Assembly (NCBI GenBank): GCA_041690215.1
Contig: JAWLHQ010000008.1
Coordinates: 4,170-68,169, forward strand
DNA: 64,000 bases
Direction: 5' to 3'
Source: Rhodothermales bacterium
GTDB taxonomy: Bacteria; Bacteroidota; Rhodothermia; Rhodothermales; DASSAV01
Shown here in pieces: positions 9,318 through 19,500 of the stretch (positions are counted from its first letter, which is position 1; each line of letters opens with the position of its first letter). A model generated the notes under the pieces. It searched no databases, was not told the origin of the DNA, and saw only the letters and a list, made by a program, of their open reading frames with translations. A program made the position numbers and the translations under genes.

Positions 9318-10691
9318 ATGGCGCATCACGAAAATATGATCGAGCGCCTACCGCAGCTTTACCGGGACGGAGAGCGTGTGCGCGGTCTGATGGGGCCGCC
9401 AGCGGTCGGGCTGGAGATTCTCGATGAGGACGGCCGTGCCGTGCAATGTGCCCACTTCTTCGACTCTGCGCTCGAGCTGCGCGAGGCGGAGATGCTCGGC
9501 GCCATACTCGACATTCCGGCTGAACCGTGGCAGAATCTCGCCACGTACCGCGCCTGGGTACATGCGCTGCGAAACGCCCGGCTCGAGCACGGCGCCGTGA
9601 CCGTAGAGGCGATCGTCCGCTTTGTGGCCGACTATGCGCGGGGGTACCAGGATGCGGTGAACCTGGCCATCGTGGGGTCTATACCGGCAGATCCCGGTGG
9701 GTGGCGCCTCATCCCGCCCATCGAGGGCCCGAGCGAGGAGGATGCGCCCATCGACATCTGGACCTGGCGCAACGTGCGGGCGACAAGCCTGCCCGTCTTC
9801 GTAGAAAACCCATCCCGGACGTTCTACCAGCGCGCCCCCGCAGAGAGTCCCATCGAGCCGCTTCAGAGGTTCACGATCACACAGCGGGGTCTGGATGAGA
9901 CCTACGCTGGCTTCCTGCTCCTGGGTATTCCCAGCGCGACCGAGCATGTGCCGACGATCATCAACCTGACTACCGGAGAAGCAATTGTCTATCTGGGGTC
10001 TATCCCGACCGGCGCCCGCCTGTGGATTCGTCCAAGACCCGACGGCACCGCAGCAGCATCACTCGACGGTGTGAACGTGAGCGACCGGTTGTATTCGGTC
10101 GCGGGTGTCGCGCCGGGCGTCGCGTGGGAGGTAAGCCAGGCGCAGCGACCCGCCAGGGCCATGCGTCTGGCACGGGGCGAGAACGATTTCTGGTTCATGC
10201 CGCTGGCGCATTATGGTGCCCCGGGGCTGGACCGCGTTCTACTGGCCCTCTCCGATCTCCTGATGGAGCAGGGACGTTACGACGAATCCGTGTTCGACCG
10301 GGCTCTCTTCTACCAGGATCCGGGGGTACTCCTCACGGTCGGCTGGGTAGAGACGCAGCCTGCCCGCTTCGCGGTGCGCCTTCCGGCCGGCATCCTGCGG
10401 CGCCCCGTCCCGCAGGGAACGCAGGACGCGGTTGAAGCGAGGACCGAGGCCGAAGCTGCGCGCGACCAGCTGCTTGCTGCGCTACAGCAGGGGGTAGACC
10501 GCCTGCGCGCTGCCGGCATTCGGTCCGAAGTCCATTTCGATGCTTTCGCTGAGGAGCAGCCGCAGCAGGATCGGCTCGTTGCGGTGCTGCCGAAGACGTT
10601 CCGCGAAGGTGCCCCCACGGGTGCCGACCGGCTTTCCGAAGCTGGCGGGCTGTTCGATGTTACCGGTTATAACGATTCCACCTACCGATAG
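9318..10691 (+). CDS. Putative baseplate wedge protein (tail protein I / Afp12-like position)
   Basis: ATG at 9318, 1 nt after baseplate J. MIERLPQLYR N-terminus and C-terminal LRAAGIR resemble gpI-like wedge proteins; assignment is mainly positional. Confidence 0.5.
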   Translation: MAHHENMIERLPQLYRDGERVRGLMGPPAVGLEILDEDGRAVQCAHFFDSALELREAEMLGAILDIPAEPWQNLATYRAWVHALRNARLEHGAVTVEAIVRFVADYARGYQDAVNLAIVGSIPADPGGWRLIPPIEGPSEEDAPIDIWTWRNVRATSLPVFVENPSRTFYQRAPAESPIEPLQRFTITQRGLDETYAGFLLLGIPSATEHVPTIINLTTGEAIVYLGSIPTGARLWIRPRPDGTAAASLDGVNVSDRLYSVAGVAPGVAWEVSQAQRPARAMRLARGENDFWFMPLAHYGAPGLDRVLLALSDLLMEQGRYDESVFDRALFYQDPGVLLTVGWVETQPARFAVRLPAGILRRPVPQGTQDAVEARTEAEAARDQLLAALQQGVDRLRAAGIRSEVHFDAFAEEQPQQDRLVAVLPKTFREGAPTGADRLSEAGGLFDVTGYNDSTYR

Positions 10692-10728
10692 GCCGCTGAC
10701 GCCTCTTCGGCTAAACCGCTCACACGCA

Positions 10729-11229
10729 ATGCGAGCATACCTGCAACTGGAACTTACAGATAGAGATGGGCGAGTCCTGGCGACCCGCTGCGCATACAAC
10801 GCCGTGATGCGTCAGGGCGCCGAACTCGTCGCGCGGCTCTTCGCCGGGCAGGGCAGCCCGATCACACACATGGGCGTCGGCACCAGTGCCTCGCCGGAAA
10901 GCGATGCGTACGATACGGCCAGACTCACTACGCAGGGCCTGACGGGAGAGACGAGCGCGCCCATCACACCGGAAGCTTTTATGATTACTCCTGACGTCGA
11001 GCGCCGTGTGATGCGCGTGCGAGTGCGGGCGACGCTCCCTCCGGACGCGGCCGTTACGACGGGCGAGGATGGGGCTGCCATCCGCGAGGCCGGCCTGCTC
11101 TCGCAGAGCGAGGACGGCACCGTGCTCTATAACCGCGTGACCTTCGACCCTATCTCGAAGGGAGATGACCACGAGTTGACTCTTTTCTGGGAGGTCACGT
11201 TTCCTTATGGAGACCTGACCTTCATGTAA
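10729..11229 (+). CDS. Putative tail-fibre attachment / collar protein
   Basis: 166 aa from ATG 10729. N.V...G...A...ITHMGVGT...IREAGL...LYNRVTFDPISK pattern resembles fibre N-terminal baseplate-docking domains. Confidence 0.5.
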   Translation: MRAYLQLELTDRDGRVLATRCAYNAVMRQGAELVARLFAGQGSPITHMGVGTSASPESDAYDTARLTTQGLTGETSAPITPEAFMITPDVERRVMRVRVRATLPPDAAVTTGEDGAAIREAGLLSQSEDGTVLYNRVTFDPISKGDDHELTLFWEVTFPYGDLTFM

Positions 11230-11268
11230 TACGCCCCGACTGAACCGACTTGTCCCTACGACCGGGGA

Positions 11269-12261
11269 ATGCCTGACGTGGCAGCCCCACCACCTGTGCC
11301 AGCCATGAAGTCCAGCTTCCAGTTCCAACTCACCGGCTATACGCCTGCCAACCGCGATGCCACCATCAAGCTCATCAACACGACTACCGGAGCCGTCGTG
11401 GAGCGCAAGCCGTTCCTCGACGGCTCCCTCTTCGTGCGCGACCTCGATCCCGGACCGTACGAGCTTGAGGTGCGACACCCGAACGTCCTTCAGCCCATCG
11501 ACCGACGGGTCATCCGCTTGTTTCCCCAGCCGTTTCCGACGCGCGTCAACATACCCGTACCAGCGGACCTGTTCCGGGACACTCCCATCCGGGACATTCC
11601 GGATGCGAACCTGACGCCCGTGCAGCAGACGGCCGCAGCGGTGGCCCAGCAGGTGGCGCCACTCGGCGCGAAGAGCGCAGGCGAGGTCATCCGCGCAGGC
11701 GACTGGAACCAGCTCGTCACCGCAGTAGCCGATCTGGCGAACGCCGTGATGCAACTGACGAACCTCGTTGCCCCACGCGGCCACGATCACCCGGAGATCG
11801 CTGAGAAGATCGACGAAGTGCAGGGCAATCTCCGGCGCTTTGCAGATGCTTTCGGGAAGAGTCTGCTGGAGTTGCGCCGCGAGATCGAATCTCAGAAAGT
11901 GCGCCGCCAGGTCACCGACGTGCTGGATAGCGCCGGCGTGCCTCAGGACGATGTCCGACGGGTCCGCATCATCGATCAGATCGCAGATATAGAGGCGTCC
12001 GTGTTCGCCGCACCAGACGTGTTCACACGCAAGCTGGCCACACTCGGCACGTCCATCAACGAGGTCGTCAATTCGGTCGCCGAGGAGCAGGACGATACCA
12101 TCGCATTCCTCGGCAAGGAAGAAGTGCAAGTGCTTACCGGTACGGCTCTGCAGTACGCTACTTCAGGCAGGCAGAGCGAGGCGGAGGGCGAGCTTAGCGT
12201 CTACCGCCGCGCTGCCTCAAAGTCCGGCGGCAAAACCCTACAGTTTGTGCTGAACCGTTAG
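11269..12261 (+). CDS. Fibre-like protein A (beta-sandwich N-domain + helical region with HxH motif)
   Basis: 330 aa. Carboxypeptidase-regulatory-like N-terminus, then GEVIRAGDWNQLV...GHDHPE and a coiled-coil region. Confidence 0.55.
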   Translation: MPDVAAPPPVPAMKSSFQFQLTGYTPANRDATIKLINTTTGAVVERKPFLDGSLFVRDLDPGPYELEVRHPNVLQPIDRRVIRLFPQPFPTRVNIPVPADLFRDTPIRDIPDANLTPVQQTAAAVAQQVAPLGAKSAGEVIRAGDWNQLVTAVADLANAVMQLTNLVAPRGHDHPEIAEKIDEVQGNLRRFADAFGKSLLELRREIESQKVRRQVTDVLDSAGVPQDDVRRVRIIDQIADIEASVFAAPDVFTRKLATLGTSINEVVNSVAEEQDDTIAFLGKEEVQVLTGTALQYATSGRQSEAEGELSVYRRAASKSGGKTLQFVLNR

Positions 12262-12461
12262 GTTCTATGGTGCCCGGCGATCTCTTGTATCAATTGAGCA
12301 TCATACCAGACAATTAAAGCACTACCTGAAGTCAATGCTCAGCACCTGGCAGCCTGAACTTGTTATTGGCATGAGTCTTCAAGTTCTGGATGATATTAGC
12401 TGGCTTGCTCCTTTTAACCTCCGCGTCAACAGTCGTTGGCAATAGAAGCAGAGGATTACTT

Positions 12462-13940
12462 ATGCCCACTGCACTTGAGCTTGAGCGTCTCGACGCCATT
12501 GTAAACCGCCTGCTTCCGCTCTCCAATGTTCAGCGCGGCGAGTTAATCCACGCCGCGGCGTGGAACACCGTCGTGGAGGCCCTCATCGAAGTCGCCCGAG
12601 CGGTACTTGCCGAGACACGGCCTGACACTGTGCCGAAGCATGAGCACCAGGATCAGGTGACGCTGAGCTGGCTCGACCCGCACCTGCGTACCCTCATCCA
12701 GCGCGGTCCGCTCTCGGACCCGATCACCGAGGGTCGCCTGCGCGAAACGGAGCGCCGTAACAAGCGATTCGACATGCACTTCGAAGAGGTGCAGACGGAT
12801 CTGCGCAATCTGCGCCAGCGCCTTGATGAGGTCATCACCCGCGACCTCACGCGAGAAGCCACCATCACCCGTTTCGATCGGCGCCTCGCCGACCTTCCCT
12901 CGACGCGTGAAGAGGTACTCAATCTGCGTGGTACGCTGGACACGCTCCGCGTGGATATCCAGACCGTCAAGACGCTCAGTGACAACCTCAATGTAGACGG
13001 CGAGCCGGTCGATATGACGGCCATTGTCCGGCGGCTGGAAACCGTAGAAGCATTGCGGGAAAGCCTCAGGACCGCGGATGGGCAGTTGCTTGATGCATCT
13101 CAGTTCGAAATCAAGCTGAAGGAGTTGTCCAACGAGTTTGTCGGGCATGACGAGCTAGACGAAATCCTCTCCAGCCGCCAGATCGAGATTCCGCCCGGGC
13201 TGCTCGACGAACTGCGCACGCAGATAACCGATGCGGTCAACGAGTTTCAACAGGCGCGGCTGGAAGATGCGCTCACTGCGTTTCAGAAATCCGTTCAGGC
13301 CGATATCAACCAGCGCCTCTCCGGCATCGACGCACTCGTGGCCGGTGCCGTGGCCAACCTGGAAGGTACCCTGCGTAATACCCTGCTCGAGACGCTCCGT
13401 ACCGAGGTCGACAAGCAGATCGAAGCAGGTATGGGCGCCGTGCAAAACAAGCTATCTCCCCGCATCAGCGCCCTTGAAGAGCGTCTGGCCGGGCTGGACA
13501 TCGACCAGTTGCTGAAAGTGGTCGATCGGCTAGGCGCGTTCGAAGCGAGCCTGGAGACGATTCAAAAACAAATGGGGACCCTGGAGAGCAGTCTCGGCAG
13601 GTTCGAAGAGCAATTTTCGGGGATCGAAAAGACCGTCGGGAGCTTCAGCGGACGCATGGGTACGCTTGAGGAGGTCGTCAGCACCTTTGGATCACGCATG
13701 TCAGGGCTGGAAGAGATGGTCAAGTCGTTCGATGACCGGTTGGCAAAACTGGAGGAGCGCCTCAAAATGATGGACGGACGGCTAAAGAACATGCAGGAGA
13801 TGGACCAGAGCTTCGGCAGGCGGCTCTCCGTTCTAGAATCCACGACCTCCGGATTCGACACCCGGGTGAAGGGGCTGGAGAAGAATTTCGGCGGCATCTC
13901 AGGCCGGATCGAAACACTCGAACGCAAAACCATTCGCTGA
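12462..13940 (+). CDS. Fibre-like long coiled-coil protein B with 14-residue C-terminal repeats
   Basis: 492 aa from ATG 12462 (GAGGA RBS at 12451). GELIHAAAWN...KHEH motif, continuous heptads and nine 14-aa repeats at the C-terminus. Confidence 0.6.
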   Translation: MPTALELERLDAIVNRLLPLSNVQRGELIHAAAWNTVVEALIEVARAVLAETRPDTVPKHEHQDQVTLSWLDPHLRTLIQRGPLSDPITEGRLRETERRNKRFDMHFEEVQTDLRNLRQRLDEVITRDLTREATITRFDRRLADLPSTREEVLNLRGTLDTLRVDIQTVKTLSDNLNVDGEPVDMTAIVRRLETVEALRESLRTADGQLLDASQFEIKLKELSNEFVGHDELDEILSSRQIEIPPGLLDELRTQITDAVNEFQQARLEDALTAFQKSVQADINQRLSGIDALVAGAVANLEGTLRNTLLETLRTEVDKQIEAGMGAVQNKLSPRISALEERLAGLDIDQLLKVVDRLGAFEASLETIQKQMGTLESSLGRFEEQFSGIEKTVGSFSGRMGTLEEVVSTFGSRMSGLEEMVKSFDDRLAKLEERLKMMDGRLKNMQEMDQSFGRRLSVLESTTSGFDTRVKGLEKNFGGISGRIETLERKTIR

Positions 13941-14005
13941 CGGAAGCAGTAGCGAACTGCGACATGACGGCTGTCTGCATACGGTAACGTACACCTTCTT
14001 TCAAA

Positions 14006-14896
14006 ATGATCGCCGAGTTTGAACAACGGCTGGCCGACGTACTGGGCTCGGAGCTTCCCGCTCCGTTCACTGGCCGGGTGCAGGTGGAGCCCGGCTCCGG
14101 CGGTGGTTCGGGGCCGCACATCCTGTTGGGCGTGGAGCGGACTGACGTGCTGCCTTCGGCCATAGGCGATCCTCCAGAGATGGTCGTGCCCGGTGATCCG
14201 CAGCCGCGCCGCATCGTGCGCGCCCGTTGCACAGTCCGCCTGCGCGTGGTGCCCACCGAACAGGGGGGACGGGCTCAGGAACGAAGTGGGCTGGATGCTG
14301 CTCTATTTGCGCTCGACGCGCCGGCCTTCCGCAATGGACACGCCCTCGCGGGGGAAGCCGCCGATCCAGGATTTCTGATTCGAGCGACGCGCATTCTTTC
14401 TGCCACACTGCCGATTGAAGGCGACGACTCCATCCGGACCGGTCTCGTCATGGAAGCTGAAGGGTGGTTCTGGCCAGTCGGCACGCCGGGTGCATCCGGG
14501 CCGCAGATCCAGGAGATCCGCATACGCGGAGCGGTGATGCCCCTCTCGCTGGACATCCCTGGCCCACTCATAGCCGGCGGGGAGCCCGTCGCTCTCTCTT
14601 TGAGCGTGCGATCGAGCCGACTGGCGCTGAGCGGAGATGGAGAGACCAGCCCGCCGCCCGGCATCCGGCTGGCTCTCCGGCTCGTCACACTTGGCGGCGC
14701 ACCCGGCGCCGGCACACTACAGGGCAGCACTGGCGGCGTGCTTAGGGTGGACATCGCGAACGAGGCGGTGGCCTTTACCTACGAACCTCCCGCCGAGCCT
14801 ACCCGCGAGTACCTCGTCGTCGCCTACGAAGATGGGGAGGGTGGGGTAGGGCAGGAGGTAGCCCGCTTTCTTCTCACGGTGGAGGCTGTGCCATGA
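14006..14896 (+). CDS. Hypothetical CIS protein, possibly tail terminator/cap (Pvc16/DUF4255-like N-domain + Ig-like C-domain)
   Basis: 296 aa in the operon; N-terminal alpha/beta domain ending EAEGWFWP followed by a beta-sandwich. Function is positional inference. Confidence 0.4.
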   Translation: MIAEFEQRLADVLGSELPAPFTGRVQVEPGSGGGSGPHILLGVERTDVLPSAIGDPPEMVVPGDPQPRRIVRARCTVRLRVVPTEQGGRAQERSGLDAALFALDAPAFRNGHALAGEAADPGFLIRATRILSATLPIEGDDSIRTGLVMEAEGWFWPVGTPGASGPQIQEIRIRGAVMPLSLDIPGPLIAGGEPVALSLSVRSSRLALSGDGETSPPPGIRLALRLVTLGGAPGAGTLQGSTGGVLRVDIANEAVAFTYEPPAEPTREYLVVAYEDGEGGVGQEVARFLLTVEAVP

Positions 14897-16506
14897 TCGT
14901 GATGAAGAACATGGAAATCGCACGGGTCGGCCTCGCTCAGACCGGCTACATCGTTGCCGAAACCGAGATCGGTACGTTTATCACTATGGACGGCGGAGAG
15001 GCCGTTCCTGCAGAAGGGCTGATACGTTCCGTACGGTGGGAGGGCGTCTCCGGTGCCACCCGTGTGGTGCTCGATGGACCGTCAGGAGGAAGCACATGGA
15101 ATCCGCCGAAAGGAGCGGCTCGGATCATGCCGTACCCCACCATTGAGGAGTTGAAGGGGTTGGCGTTCAAAGACGACGGGCACCACAAACATATTTCGAA
15201 CCCCGGAAAGAAACCGCTGCGCAGGCTGATCCTGAAGGGGCTCAAGAAAGCCGGTAAGGACGAGCCCGTGTATACATCGCGCTGGGATCTGGAGAACAAG
15301 CCCACCCTTAACGGCAAAAAGTTACGGCTCCTCGTTTCTATCCGAGGGAGCGCGTCGGAGGAGTGGATCCCGACCTTTGCCGTACCCGAGGTGCCCCGGC
15401 GGGGCGTGATGCCGGCAATGCTGCTCGGCGCCACGTTCGACAAGAGTGTGCTTACGCTACCCTACGCGGTATCCGGCCAGATCCGCCTCTCGCTCGTCGA
15501 GAACAGCGTCATCGAGGACTTTACGACTGTCAATATGCAGGTGACGGAGATCGACGGAAAGGCGGAATATGCACCACGCGATTTGGAGCTGATCGGCCCG
15601 GCCGGCCAGGTGCTCTGGGGCATGCCGGGGCCACTATTACTCTCCTCGCCCCACGTGGACGTCGATGTCCGGGTCCACCTCGAGACAGCGCTCCAGCAGG
15701 CCCTCCAGGAGGGACGCCCGCTCGAAGCGGCACTCACGCTAAAAGGAGCAGAGAAAAGCACGGTCCGCTTCCAGTTCAATGCGCCATCCGGGGCCGTGCT
15801 GCGAGAGCATCCAGACGTTATCCGGGTCACGCTGGCCGGAACGCCTACACCGCTCGATCTGGGGAAGCCCCTCGCGCAAGTAGCCCCGACGAGTGCCACT
15901 GCCGACATCTTCGTCCGCTACGACGGGTTGCGCTTGCTCGATCCGCTCGTGGATGCGATGCCTCCCGACGGATCGCCGGTAGCCGGGAAGGTCGTCGCCG
16001 TGACGCCGGTAGTGAGGAGACTACCTCCTACCGCGCTGGATCACCAAGACGTGGCGCGAGTGGGCTTGATCGGCCGGGCTCCCGAGCCGTGTGAGCTGGA
16101 ACTACAACTGATTCATCAGCACGGCACCGTGCCTGGCGATCCGATGGGGCCTCCGGGCATCCTCGCTATCCAACCGTCAAGCGAGGTAGGCGTCGCCTGG
16201 GCCGAACTCCCGCCGCGCAGCGTGCTAGTGGGCCCTGCAGCCATCAGCGTACGGGCGCGACGAGGACGCTTCTACTGGGCTTCCGCGGAGCAACCGCTCG
16301 TACGCATCGCAGTTCGCGATCCGGATCCCCAGCCGCAACCGCTCTTCCTGAATGACGGTGTGCTCATCCGGGTCGGCAAAGAGGGGGCAAAGCTCTCCGG
16401 ATACAATCTGCCTGTGGCCGCCTTCGCAGATGCTGCACCAGTATTGCGGAGCGACCTGTTTCTGACGGTCGACGTGACCGGTCTGACCCTGAGGTATGCG
16501 CGATGA
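14893..16506 (+). CDS. Hypothetical beta-rich protein of the CIS operon
   Basis: 537 aa, start/stop overlaps on both sides (ATGA); no motif recognised. Confidence 0.6.
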   Translation: MIVMKNMEIARVGLAQTGYIVAETEIGTFITMDGGEAVPAEGLIRSVRWEGVSGATRVVLDGPSGGSTWNPPKGAARIMPYPTIEELKGLAFKDDGHHKHISNPGKKPLRRLILKGLKKAGKDEPVYTSRWDLENKPTLNGKKLRLLVSIRGSASEEWIPTFAVPEVPRRGVMPAMLLGATFDKSVLTLPYAVSGQIRLSLVENSVIEDFTTVNMQVTEIDGKAEYAPRDLELIGPAGQVLWGMPGPLLLSSPHVDVDVRVHLETALQQALQEGRPLEAALTLKGAEKSTVRFQFNAPSGAVLREHPDVIRVTLAGTPTPLDLGKPLAQVAPTSATADIFVRYDGLRLLDPLVDAMPPDGSPVAGKVVAVTPVVRRLPPTALDHQDVARVGLIGRAPEPCELELQLIHQHGTVPGDPMGPPGILAIQPSSEVGVAWAELPPRSVLVGPAAISVRARRGRFYWASAEQPLVRIAVRDPDPQPQPLFLNDGVLIRVGKEGAKLSGYNLPVAAFADAAPVLRSDLFLTVDVTGLTLRYAR

Positions 16507-19500
16507 GTCTGATCGAGAACCTGCAAAACCTGGATCTGACTCCCATCCTGAATGCACGGGCCGGCATTTCCGGCACCATCGGAGGGGAGGAGGTGCAGCG
16601 TGTCGTCTCCGGCGGCGCAGCAGCGACGTCCCTCGGTGATGTCGGCCGCGTCATCGAAGCAGTTCGCAACGTCGGAGATGATCCGGAGGCTTTGCTCCAG
16701 CCACTCATTAGTGCACTCACGGATGCCGTTGACCTCACTGCGCTCGACGACCTGGACATCTCCGCATACGTGAAAGCAGTGCGGGAGGGGGTGACGTTAA
16801 TCACGGATCTGAAGGCACTCCTTGAGGGGGACCTCTCCCGACTCGGCCGGATCAGCGGCATTGCGCTCGGTGACATCTTCGATGCGATCAGCCGGACCGC
16901 GAATGAGTACGCGCATGTCTCCCTCGAAAGCCTGGAGCCGCTAAAAGAGCTCATCGCCCGCATCGACTCCGGACCCCCGGCGGATCCGGAAGCCCTCGTC
17001 GCGCTTGCACTGGACGTGCTGCTGCCCTTCCCTCAGGATAGCCTGCGGGACCTGCGCCGCGGCCTGGATGGCCTGCTCGCCCGAGTGAGTGCTATCTCGC
17101 TGCCGGACGACCTCACAGCGGAGCTGAACGCTGCCCTCGAAACTGTCATCGCGGCATCCGCTTCCGGCGATGATGCAGCGTTGCGAGCCGCCTTGCAGTC
17201 GGTCGAGCAGGCGAGAACGCACGTGCTCGAAACGCTGCGGTCGGCGCTTGCCGATGCGCGGAGCGGATTCGAGGGGTTGCAGCTGGAACAGCTGCTCGAG
17301 CCGCTCGGGCAGGCAGCAGCAACTCTCCGGGCGGGTGAGCAAGACGCCGTGGCATTCCTGGAAATGATCCGCCAGTATATCGAGGTATTCCGGGTACGCA
17401 TCGAAAACACGACTGCGGAGGAGCTGAGCGACTTCCTGAACGGCCTCATGCCGGTTCTGGATGGCATCGAGGTAGCGGCACACGAGAATCTGATCGCGCC
17501 CATCGACCAGAAGGTGGAAGAACTAAAGGCGTGGGCCCGGTCGCTCCTCAGTCACCTTCAGCTTCGAACGTTCCGCAGCGCCATCCGTACGTTCTTCCAG
17601 GATGCCGCTCAGAGCATCCGGGACGCCGATCTCGATCGCTTCGCGAAAGAGCTCGAAGCCTTACTGAACGATGCCGAGGAGACCATTGCCTCGGCTGACC
17701 TGAACGGCCTGCTCTCAGATGCGTTGGAAGACGTGGCCACGGTCATTACAGAGGCAGCAAACGCCCTCTCGGCTGCGCTGACAGAAATCGCCGGTGCCGT
17801 GGACGGGCTGACCGAGCAAGCGGAAGCCGTCCTGCAGCCAGTCGTGGATGCAGTAGGTGAGTTTCGTGCCGCGATCGACCAGGCCGTCGGAGCGGCACAG
17901 CAACTCGATCTCGACGCGGCGACGCAGCAAGTCATCGATGCTATCGGGGACCTCCAGGCGACGGCGGAAAAACTCTTGACCGAGGTCGAGTTGCCTGAGG
18001 GACTCAAGCCAATCATAGACCAGCTGACGGCGGAACTCGAGGGGATAGACCTGGAGGGTTTGATCGTCGCTCCGGTCCGGGACGCCCTGGAACAGCTCAA
18101 GCTACCTCCTGAGCTGGAATCGGAAATCCGCAGCATCCTCGAGCGGGTGCAGGAGGTACTGCAAAACCTCATCCCGACACAGCTCATCGCATCCATCCAG
18201 GCGGAGATCGAAGAAGCCATCGGGGTGCTGACCTCCTTCGATCCGTCGATGCTGACCGCCGAGTTGGACCGGTTTGTGCTGGAGGCAGCGGACGCGATCG
18301 CGGCACTCGACCCCATCCCCGTCCTGAACGAAATCCGGCAGCCGTTCCAGGCGGTGCTCGACGGGGTGGACGCCATACACCCTGAGCGGCTGCTCGAGCC
18401 CGTGCTTAGCGCGTACGATGAACTCATCGGCAGCCTCGATGCACCCATCAGCACGGAAGAGACGGTGACGAAGATTCTGTCCGGCCTCGACGAAAAGGGC
18501 GAGGAACTCGGGCAGGCTATGACCGGACCCATCCAGAATCTCGCTTCATCCTTCGGCGGCGACGATGCGGTAACCGTGCGCGACCCCGACGCCCCGCCGG
18601 TCCTGCCGGAGCTTCCCGGCGGCGTACGGCCCGGCGACCTCATCCGCCTTTTCGGCTACCTGCCAGGCAAGCTGCGGGAGGCGCTGCAGTCCGTCGAGGC
18701 CGGCCCGGCCGGTGACGTGTTCGGGCAGGTCGAGGCGCTCACCAGTGGTCTCGCGCGAGACATCGGCGCACTGGAAGCGGCACTCTGGCACATCGAGGAC
18801 CGTATCGCTGGCGCATTCGATGGAGCGCTGGCCTCGCTGGCCGTGCCGCAGCTCCGCGCCCAGTTCGCGCTGTCTGCGCGCGCTGACCTGGGGCAGGCAG
18901 AGCTCTCGGCAGGCCTGGACGTGCTGGCCACCGTGAGCCCGGATGCCCTGCGCGCGGAATTGGAAGCGACGCTCGGGGAGATCCGTGACGACGTGCGTGC
19001 GGGCATCCGGGCGTTCACTGAACTGGCCGCCGGGCCACTCAGCGGGGCCTCCCGGATCCTCTCTTCCAGCCGGGTCGCGCAGTTCGGCGACCTGGACGCG
19101 CTTCTGGACGCACTCGACCCCGAACCGATCGCGGAAGCTCTGGATGCTCTCGTCCTCACCCTGTACAACCGCCTGAACGAATTGCTTCCCGCCGTGCAGG
19201 AGGTATTCCGCGACCTGATGCTCCGCGTGCAGCGCCTCATCCGTGAACTCAACCCCATGTCGCACGCACAAAAATTCTTGGGCGTGATCGACGTCGTCCG
19301 GGAAGAGTTGGAAGTACTCAATCCTCATACACTCGTGGCCGACGTGGCGGAGGTCCACGCCGCACTGAGGGAGAGCATCGTGGCCTACGATCCCGCCAGC
19401 TTTGCGGATGAGATCAGTGGGATCATTCAGGCCGTGGCAAATCAGCTGCGTACGCTGACGCCGAGCGCCGTCCTGGAAACCCTCAACCTGGACAGCCTTA

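Noticed and set aside
10720-12129. 469-aa minus-strand ORF and similar long antisense ORFs (e.g. 17609-18643, 18546-19358, 53059-54159)
   Set aside because: Shadows of well-supported genes on the opposite strand in GC-rich DNA; no motifs.
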